NCBI GenBank assembly: GCA_011109175.1
Contig: RDEW01000015.1
Coordinates: 987,868-1,020,867, forward strand
Length of the DNA stretch: 33,000 nucleotides
Origin: Dicyema japonicum
Taxonomy: Eukaryota; Animalia; Dicyemida
Direction: 5' to 3'
Of the stretch, positions 23,646 to 33,000 are shown in pieces. Below the pieces are notes generated by a model. That model saw only the letters and a program-made list of their open reading frames with translations. It had not been told where the DNA came from and ran no database searches. Each line of letters opens with the position of its first letter. Position 1 is the first letter of the stretch. A program made the position numbers and the translations under genes.

Positions 23646-24129
23646 TTGGTCATTTTTTGTTCCTTAGAATTTTGTGGCTAATTTGAAAAAAATAAAATCA
23701 ATAAATTGAAGAATTTAAAAAATTCCTTAAATGAACAAAAAACATACTTAAGTGATATTAAAATAAAATTTAATTCCTAACTATTTTTCTTTGGTCAATA
23801 ATACTTGCTTTATATTTTCTAGTTGAAGAATTTAGAGAAACGTTATCTTTATTCTCAACATTGGCTAAAAGTTCCCTCTCTATAACAATTAATCTTACTT
23901 GACTTTAAAAAATATCTTCTCTCTGCAATGTTTAGTTGACAAAGTTCACACTGTGGACCGGAAACAATGGGCTGTGGAAGTCGTTGAATCTGCAAAATCT
24001 AGATTCAAGAGGATTCCCCGTGTTTAACTTAAGATTCGGGACATCGAAGTTTATTGCCAATTTCAAGTGCTTGCTTTCCTCCAAATCCAGTGAACCATTT
24101 TTAGTGGGAAAAAAACAATTGGTAGAAGT

Positions 24130-27027
24130 TTCAAATTTTCGAAAATGTTTTGATGAGTTTCGTTGCCAACTTGCGAAATTACTCACCTCAGGAAGGAACT
24201 TTGTTTTCATACTGGGAAGATTACCAGAAAATGCTTAGAAAGGAGATTCTGTGTGGAATTAATGCAGCAATCAAAGAATATATTGATTCCTTGCCAAGCT
24301 TGGATATCAACGATATCACTGATATCATATATGCTGGCAGTGCACTTATGAATCTCTGACCAAGAAGAAAAACACTAAAAGTAGTTGGGAAGAATCAATG
24401 AAAAGCAAACTCACTAAACTTAAGCAACAACTTGAGCAAATTCAAATGGCTAGTGGAATGAACGGGAAGAATCAATTTGACCAAGAAATACGCCATACAT
24501 TATGCTCATATTGCTTTAAAAATCGAAGAGGAGAGAATTCGAAAGGGTTTCTTCCTATGTTTGCGATCAAATAAAAATTGTTGAGAAGTTGAGAGTCTAC
24601 GAATCTAGAAAGAGGTATAAAAGTGCCAACTGATTCTTCGAATTCAATAGAAGGCAATTGTATAGGAATATAATTGGAGATAATAAGAAGGCGGTCATCA
24701 TGTTCAATGAGGATGGATGTCTTCCATTTTGGATTAGTATTTGGAATAAGGAAGAGAGAAAGAAGAACAATTTCTTTATTAGCAAAAGAGTAACTGGATC
24801 AGAGAACTCATTTGCTGATTTCACTAAAGAGGAAATCACCGAGACTATCAAGATGCTTCCAAATTGGAAGGCATCTGGTTGTGATGGAGTCTATAACTTT
24901 TTTTATCAAGAACTTCACTTCGGTTCGTGGATATCTTTGTGAGGAGATTAAGAAGATTATAAATGACGAATATACGCCTTGTGATTAATTCTATACTGGA
25001 ATTACGTATTTTATTCCAAAAGTGGATGTATGTGTGTCACCCAAGGAGTTAAAGCCAATTACTTGTATGCTTAATCAGTATAAACTATTTACAAAATGTG
25101 TGAACAAAAAATTATCAGATATTGAGTCATATTGATCACGATAATCAACTGGGAACGCGAAGGCGCAAAAGAACAGGCTATCGTCAGCAAGTGCGTAAAT
25201 CAACAATTCCATTTGGATTGACGCCAAAAAAGCTTATGACTCGGTCGACCACCAGTTTCTGGACCAGGTATTACAAAATTCTGATCTTCATGCTGGATTG
25301 TCAGGTTTATTCAGAAACTTGTCACAAAATGGAAGATTCGTCTGGATTTGGGAAACAAAACGCTGGGAGAAGTAAAAATAAAAAAGGAATTTTGCAGGGG
25401 GACTCTCTTTCTCCTCAGATCTTTGCTTTGCTAATGGACCCTCTCAGTCGAATGCTGAACGGAAAATTTACGAAAGTAACGATGGAAAGTCCGGGAAATG
25501 GGGAACCAACGTATACGACGAATCACCTACTATTTATGGACGATATAAAGTTGACTTCTCGCCATAGTCACTCAATGGAAATGATGTTGGAGGAAGTTGA
25601 ATCGTTTTTTGATGCACTCGGGATGGAGAGAAACTTTGACAAATCTGCAACAACCGTAAAATCTTTGTCAGAGAGAGCTCGTTTCCTCGATGGATTGGAT
25701 GGATACCGATTTCTTGGTATTCTTGAAGATAATGGATAAAATCTATGAAGAAGCATCTAAGTGGATCAAAAATTTGACAAAGATGGATTTAAACTCAGTG
25801 AACCTGTTAAAAGGGATGAACGAGTATACACTTCCACTCTATAACTATTACATAGAATTCTTATGGATAGCCACATACACTTGCAACCGGTAAACAAAGA
25901 AAGACTTTATCTGCTAAGAAATAAATTTTGAAGAGGCATTGAGTCTGTCAGTAACAAAGCAGAACGAATGCTCCTCCGATTTTGTGGAATTGGAACATAA
26001 GGCAAATTTCTGCCTAAGAAGAGCGGAATACTACTAATTCAAAGAAAACACACATGCCCACTATCGTAGAATTCATTTCCCGAAAGTACAACATTAAAAA
26101 TGTGAAGGACTTGACAATGTCAAAATTGATGGACATACAGCATATCTATTGGGAAAATGAGAAGAAACCGCTGCACTCTATTTTATTTCAGTGTTTGAAA
26201 GACACATAAGTGAATATTGCTGAATCCTCTGGATGGGTAGTGCATTGAAATAACTCCCCTGTAACTGAGGGAAGGCTGTGTCTACTTCAGGATCGTAACA
26301 TGTTTTTTGATAACGGAGAAACTAAGTGCGGACATTGTAACTCAGCAAAGAAGACCGTCGATCACCTTGCATCTAGGTGTGGGAGAATGCTGAATAGCTC
26401 ATATCTCTGGAGGCATAATGAAGTGGTCAGATGTTTACACATACATCTCTGCCGTCAATATGCAATAAGAAAAAACTAAGAAACTGAAGACCCATTCAGT
26501 AAAGTCTGTTGTCGCAAATGAATTTGTGGAGATTCGTGTAGACACGACGATCAATACGGATACGGCTGTAACGAATAACGAACCCGACATTTTCGCTTAT
26601 GATAAAAAAATTACGATTACTATTGTGGAAATTGGGATCACTTTGCAAAACTGCCTCAAGCAGGTCGAGGTAGAAAAGCTCCACAAGTATGACTTACTGG
26701 CGAACGAACTTGGGATTATCCATCACGCAAATGTGAAAATAATCCCTGTGGTCATCACTTGGATGGAATTGTCTCCAATTCTTCAAAGGCCATCTGGATG
26801 CCCTCAAGGTGAAGGAAAGGGTCAAAGTTTATATACAGAGGCTAGTGGTACGGAAGACTTTGGAGAGTATACAAGCTGAAAAGAGGTATGGAGTACCGAT
26901 GCCTGTTGATGAAAAACACGGCATGGAATGTCAACCTAGGGTAGTCTCTGAATGTGGAGTATGCTTTGGAAACTTAGGGTGCAGCTGCAAAAGACGGTTT
27001 ATATTTTTTTGTAATCTTTCAAAATAG
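24130..27027 (+). mobile_element. R4/Dong-type non-LTR retrotransposon (RT + CCHC + RLE), near full-length ORF with frameshifts and stops
   Basis: FEFNRRQLYR, LPNWKASGCDG, DAKKAYDSVDH, GILQGDSLSP, NHLLFMDDIKL, LLQDRN, CGHC..TVDHLASRC, RHNEVV, EPDIF..IVEIGIT, EKLHKYDLLANEL. Confidence 0.9.
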
Positions 27028-28646
27028 TGTCTTTCTTCAGTAAAAGATTATTTATTGTCGTATAGTATCACGCCCGTATAAAGTATCATGTCCGGGCTGA
27101 TGTCAAACTCATCATTCCAAAACAATTGGTTACCGACCGGACTCTTTGGAGGAAAAACGAAATTTTTAGTTTTTCTAAAAACATGTTCGACGTAATATGG
27201 AACAAAAATGGGAGACCTTGACATCGGTCCCCTATTTTCTGTTCGACTTTATCAGTAATTTAATGAAACCTCAGCGTAACTGGATATTTAATGGGAAGTG
27301 AAGCAGTAACAATGTAAGAGAAGTAGATAGATTTGTGAATGATATTTTGGCTAAGTTCATCAGAGGTTTTCTACTGTTTTTAGAACCTCTGTACTACCCG
27401 ATGTGTTTAGGTTATGTTTTAAGTTTTTGTTGGTTGATCTGGTCTGAAAATAGTTCATTTATTACTGTGACCTAGATTTCAATGTTTCCAAGGCATAATA
27501 AGTAATCTGATTTCAGACCTGTTTATGCTACTTAATGTTGATTTAATGTACTTTTAAGACAATTTATTGAATTTAGACGTTAAGCACCAAATTTCAATGC
27601 ACTTTTCACGATGGGTGGGACATTAAAACGCCATTTTTGGGATTTAGAAATATTCTGTTTTTATAATTTTCTTAAAAATTTCCTTATTTTATGACTGATT
27701 CTAGATTTTTATTAGGATTTGATGGAGGATTCGAGCATGTAATGTGAGCATGGCCGTATTATCTGGTAATATAACAGCGAAGACTTTTTCTTGAAACTAG
27801 TTTAGTTTTATATCAATAGTGTTTAATACTTCAAAGTTAAATATCAGATATTTTCACCTGTTATAAGCTTCTTGAAATTTCGAATGATTGAACTGCATGT
27901 TTCATTAACGAAATCAAAATGCGATTGTGGCACGACACAGATGAGGGACGTTCATTATGCTTCATTCAAAGAATACATCTCGGTAGTTGGATGGTGGAAG
28001 AAAGTAGTTCTCTTTCAATACTAAATGAACCAAAAGAAAAACTTTCCCAAAGAATGTTCCCAAGTATTCTAACCTGAAGATACTTGTAGTTACATTTGAC
28101 CTTGTCTTCATGTGAAGAATGTTTTTAAAGTAGCCAGAGAAAACTCAACTGCGTTGTTCTCATTTCTTGTCCGACTCGTCAATGAAATACTCAGTTATAC
28201 TTTATGAAAAAATCATAAAACTTAAAGTCGAACACACTCATGCAGTCTGAACTTTCAGTTCATCTAGTTCCAATGGAACGAACACAATTCAGTAAAAAAA
28301 TGATTTGCATAACCAGACACCTTGGAAACCTCTTCCCCCACTACTAGTCCACTAAACGCAAAACAAAAACGGAGCCTGCTTTGCACGTCTTTTCAAAAAG
28401 TCTGAACGATTCTATTGATCAGCCATAAGAACTGTTGAGTCCCGTATGTACAAAAAATCTACACCTGTATAATTCTCCTAAAGCGAGAACAGCGTGGATA
28501 CAGGAAAGCAGTTGGATCCTTGGAGGAGCACCAGATGCTATTTGTCACTTAATTATAATGTTACTAACATTTCCACTATGTGTTCCTGTAGTTGATAATA
28601 AATAAACATGAGAATAAAAGCCTTAAAAGTTAATATCGGTTAAATA

Positions 28647-30589
28647 TCAATCAGATTTATCAACTGTGGTCTGTCCATCCGTTCCAAACTCGTTCACTCT
28701 CTTTTTATCAGTCGGATAAATATATCTCTGATAAAGATAAATGAAGAAAATGATATCTAAAACTACAGAAACCACACTTACCGTCTCTAAAGCATCCAAT
28801 TCTGTACAATGTGGGGGTTTTTATCACAAAGGCAAACAAATCATCAATGAAAGTATTCATAGCCTTGTAAGTCAGCATCCTCCATGGTAGATGGGCCACA
28901 GACTTTAGTTTGTAATTAATGAATAATTGAGGAGTCATCATTATGAACCCAAAGGTGAGTAGAAATCCATAAAGCATCGACAAAACCCAACTGTACCAGC
29001 CCACGTGTTCCAAATATATCAGAGAATACACCGCATATCCCCCGAAAAGTGGAAACAAAGCCCACGATAGATACCTGAAAGCCATCTTAGCATATAACAA
29101 TCAGCCATACCTGGTCGTATTCCTTCGTATTGGACTCTTCATAGTCGGCCTTATTAGCAATCCTCAACCAGGGGTAAGAAAATCCGGAATAATTCACTCG
29201 AACGACCTGAAATCAAAATAGAGGTAACTGAGACGTCACAGGCCTTGGGGACCTTCCACAGGTCGATCAGGAGGCCAACAATCAAGCTGATTCGAATCAT
29301 AAAGTTAGTGTTGTTGTCGAAAACGTACAGGAGAACTATGAAGGACTGGATAATGTTGAAGAATATTGTCCGAATAGAAAGCCCGGCGGTGGACTGTCGG
29401 TTTTTCCAAAATTGAATGTCTTTAAATAAAAAAATGCCAAAATACCATTTTTGAAGGCCAAAAAGTCGAAAATACTGTGAATTATCGAAATGACAAAGTA
29501 ATAGCCAACAAATAGGGGTTGGTCTCCATTAGCATCGTCTAATAATCATTATGGATCTCCAACCTTCATTGTATCCTGGTCTTCATCGTCTTGATCGGAT
29601 CCCTTAAAATATTTCATGACCGGGTTCTGATTGTTGGCTCCGAGGTAGAATTGCATCTTCATAAGCGAGATGGGGGAGAACGTCAGATGAATGTCCAGTA
29701 ACCTAAGTCATGTTAAACACCTTTTCATACGGAGTGGAGTCGTTTATAGGTTTGTAGTCACTTTTCAGATTCCAAAAGTCATTAAAGTGAAATTTTGGTT
29801 TATAGGAAAAGTCCTGAGTGGAAAATTCAAGCACTTCAAATCAAAATAACAGAGACTTAGATTCATCATCTCTGGGACGCTCGAGGGATTCCAAGTATTG
29901 AGGTCGGTAAAGAGATTCAAGGTGATATTTGGATGATATTGCGATACGACTTCGAAGTCTTTTTCCTTTAAATTATTTTATCCTCAAAACAGCGTTATAG
30001 CCGTCGGCTTTCTTCCCAGTTAACAAATTCACGGACTTTTTGAAGTTGATCTTCAAATATTTAGTCAAACCTTAAAGTAAAGGATAAATCTAACATTCTG
30101 ACTGTCTCACTGTCATAGCAGCCACGTGGGAGTCATCATCGGGGTCTGGGCTGTTCCCTGAAGCCGTTGCTATCGCTGTAAGAAAAATGGATCCGTTGTT
30201 TAAGGAATTCTTTAATTTACTTCAAAATTTACTTCAGAAGGTGAAAACTGGGAGGAGAAGTAATATGAACTGTCTCCGTTGGGCCCGCCAGTCCAATCCG
30301 CGTATTGTAATTCGGGGATCTTCCACAGATAGTCTTTATAACTTGAAATGGTATTTTCGTCGTTCAAATAGAAATAAATGTCCTGCGAATTAATATCTAG
30401 CAAATTTCGTACGATCAATGCGTTATTTTTGTAGATGTTTGAGAATATTTCGCTTGGAACGTCAGTTGTTTTCTTAGAGGGAGAAAACATGTTAAATACA
30501 AAGTTTATGGCAATGTACATTAAAATCATTCTTCCAACTGAATTCAGAACTGTTCTGAAAAGACCGGGTTGATTTTCGTTATTTTCCAT
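28647..30589 (-). CDS. CLPTM1: Cleft lip and palate transmembrane protein 1 homolog (ER lipid scramblase family), 12 exons, one apparent indel
   Basis: ATG 30589, TGA 28647-28649. Introns at 30383-30412, 30210-30232, 30071-30094, 29966-29990, 29834-29856, 29703-29730, 29539-29563, 29420-29445, 29207-29228, 29086-29110 and 28757-28781. Motifs: NNGSIF, NLLTG, METNPYLL, FLAFKNDIQFW, MTPQLFINYKLKSVAHLPWR, NTFIDDLFAF, RVNEFG. One T is missing near 29495. Confidence 0.95.
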
Positions 30590-30709
30590 TACCTCACAAG
30601 CACGGGGAGAGTCAATAATTATTTTAAAATATTTAATTTTTTTAATATTAACTTAGATTGAATTAATTTAAAAAATAATGAATTAAAGTTTTCAATATCC
30701 AATTCATAC

Positions 30710-31015
30710 AAGATCAACTTCCTAACTGGCAAACTTGCACGTCTAACAAATCTCCCCCGATCTTTATCCCCCAATGCTTGACCACGCTGCAATCAAAAAT
30801 AACGGCTCCGGCTTCATAGGTCTGTGTTGTCAAGAAACAAGTCGTTTCTTCCATTCAAGGCTAGAGGCCTCAAATACACGAAATTTGGGAAAAAACCCAC
30901 CCCTCTTCAAACTCTAATGAAAGATGATCGTCGTCTATTCAAGAAAGCCGTGGGTACTCTGGAGGAACATAGTAAAAACTTCTCGATCCTGTTGAGGCGT
31001 ACCTGGATCACTTAA
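30710..31015 (+). mobile_element. Possible LINE 3' end remnant with decayed CCHC
   Basis: (C/stop)PRCNQ..H..CC-like segment, then a short ORF tail and T-rich sequence. Confidence 0.35.
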
Positions 31016-31258
31016 TTAGTTGGTTTACTCCTTTTTTCTCAGTGTTCCCTTTATTGGGTGTATTAAATAAATAAGAGGTTTTGACGCGAAAAATAACTAA
31101 TTGGGTCAGGTTTAGACAGGAAAAAAATAGTTAATTGTGTCATCCGTTCAATATCTCAGACTTAGACTGAAGGTAACGTAGGCTTTTTCAGTAATTATTT
31201 GGATATCAATTAATTAAATTAAACAGCACTTTCACAGAATCAAAGAACGTTATATTAA

Positions 31259-33000
31259 CTAAAGTCCCATTTGTGCCACACGTTTCAAAATCTGCTTCAC
31301 TAGGCGTCTCCATCGCCTTCTGCTTTGCGCATCTATCCTTAGATCTCTCAGGTCTTCTGCAGATTTAAATTTTCTTCCAATTCCATTAAGATCCTTGTTC
31401 AGAGCCATAGGTAGAGTGACTCTGGGTCTTCCTCTGAATGATGGTTTGTTATCATTGTTAAAGTAATTGTCAATTATAATATTTGCAGGAGCGTTTATGT
31501 CCATTCTAAGCACGTGCCCAAAAAGTCTCCATCTTGATTCAATAATGTCGATGCTTATTGGCCTCGATTGTGCCACAGAGTATAATTTCTTCTTTTTGGG
31601 TCAACCTAGGCCCACTAAATTGCGTAATTTTTTTATGAAATATATCCATTTCCTTGAGCTTTAGCTCTGTGACCCCCATGTACCCGAGTTGTATATAAAC
31701 ACCAGTTTTATATCTGCGTTATATAGTCTTATTCTTAGATTTGTTTTTATTAGTTTTCGTCGACTCCATATCTTCTGCATTTTCTTATACATGGCAGTGG
31801 CTAACATTCTTCTATACATCATGTCCTCACTATCACTAAGTAAGGATTCCAATTTCCTTTTTTTCATCCATTTTTCATCAATATTTTTTAATTCCCTTGT
31901 GATTTTTATGTGTTCAGTCTTTTCCTGACTAACTCGTAGAGACCAATTCTTTAATTCTCCAGAGATTTTCTCTAAAGCAAGTCCAATTTCCAGATCATTT
32001 TCTGACACAAAATCTATGTCATCTGCATATATAATTTCCATCGGCATGCATCCTTCACATTTTGTTCTAAGAGCTCTCAATGCCGCTTCCAGGTATACGA
32101 AGAATAGAACCGGAAATATAGAGTCTCCCTGAGGTATTCCAACTGTTGTCCCGAAAGGTTCGATATTGTGTTCCCAACTCGTTCAGTCAATTCAATGTTA
32201 GATAATAGAAAACGGACAAGTCTTGTGTTATCCTCATCAAGGAAACTCTCAGCAACGTCCAACAATGTTTTTCTGTTGACAGTGTCAATCGCACTGGACA
32301 TGTCCACTCCCAAAATCTTAAAATCACTCCTGTATCGTTGAAACATGGCACATATCCACCTGTGGGACCAAACAGCATATGCGGTCGAACATTCCTTTCT
32401 GAACCCACTCTGTCCCGGCGACAAAAATTCATTAACATCAGAAGAATCCGACTAAGGGTTATCAAAGATAGTATCTTCCTCAATGATCCTAGTAATATCA
32501 CAGGTCTTAGATTTTTTATCGGTCCTTTGCTCTTTCCTGGTTTATGCAGAGGAATCAAAATTCCATCACCAAGTTTCAAGGGGAATTCGTCTCAAATACC
32601 TTATTGAAAATCTTTGTAATTAGGGTTGTCAGTTCGCCTGGTGCATACTTGATCATTTCTCCATGTATGTTGTCTGGTCCCGCTGCCCTGTTGTTGTTTA
32701 ATTTAATGATTGCCAGGTTAGTTTCCTCTGTAGATATCGGTAGATTCAGGCTTCTTGGTGATTTCTCAAATGGGTTCACATCTGAGGTTTAATTTTCATT
32801 CAAAAGTCCTGAAAAATGTTTGGCAATAATCTTAGTTTTTTCTTTATTATCTAATACATTTCTTCCTTGACTGTCGTGAATACAAATATTCGTAGGTTGA
32901 ACTCCCCTCTGCAAAAGGCGAACTGTTCGAAACATTTGCGTTCCGTATCCCAACTTCTCAAATTCACTGACACGTTCTTCAATTTTCCTGACATAAATTT
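31259..33000 (-). mobile_element. RTE-clade LINE (RT and C-terminus), frameshifted, running off the window end
   Basis: LNNNRAAGPDNI, NLRPVILL, QSGFR, DMSSAIDTV, GIPQGDS, YADD, and the RTE-type tail RWRLFGHVLRM..RGRPR..AQSRRRWRRLV. Confidence 0.88.

Noticed and set aside
27070-27115. Two short hairpins after the R4 element (GCCCG/CGGGC, TGATG/CATCA)
   Set aside because: Only 5-bp stems and no ribozyme core; unsupported without further copies.
27700-28560. Possible transposase or RT remnants
   Set aside because: Only isolated weak motif resemblances; too decayed to call.
9672-29500. Frameshifts in ACSL (~19990, ~20355, ~20427, ~20630), CLPTM1 (~29495) and PA28 as programmed frameshifting, RNA editing or pseudogenisation
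   Set aside because: Most fall in homopolymer runs, go in both directions and share no slippery motif, while splice sites and protein motifs are intact. Sequencing error is the simplest explanation; short reads would confirm.
5812-30589. Alternative genetic code explaining in-frame stops in host genes
   Set aside because: The stops lie inside GT-AG micro-introns or follow indels, and all three stop codons terminate genes.

Overview
AT-rich eukaryotic, almost certainly animal, genomic DNA read with the standard code. Hand splicing recovers five host genes that the ORF track fragments: a tetraspanin (5812-6617, -), a PA28/PSME-type proteasome activator (~9672-10432, -), a 130-aa HP1-like chromo/chromoshadow protein (12686-13125, -), a long-chain acyl-CoA synthetase (19282-21580, +) and CLPTM1 (28647-30589, -). 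Together they contain 40 introns, all 22-30 nt (mode 25), with very weak donor consensus, several at positions I recall as conserved in animal orthologues. This fits a miniature-intron parasite such as a dicyemid mesozoan (inference). The intergenic space is a mosaic of degenerate transposons: one long and eight partial CRE-clade elements, APE-RT LINE remnants, an RTE-clade LINE, a hAT/Charlie fragment and an R4/Dong-type element resembling microsporidian elements. Single-base indels at homopolymers inside conserved genes suggest an imperfectly polished assembly. Transposon boundaries are approximate.
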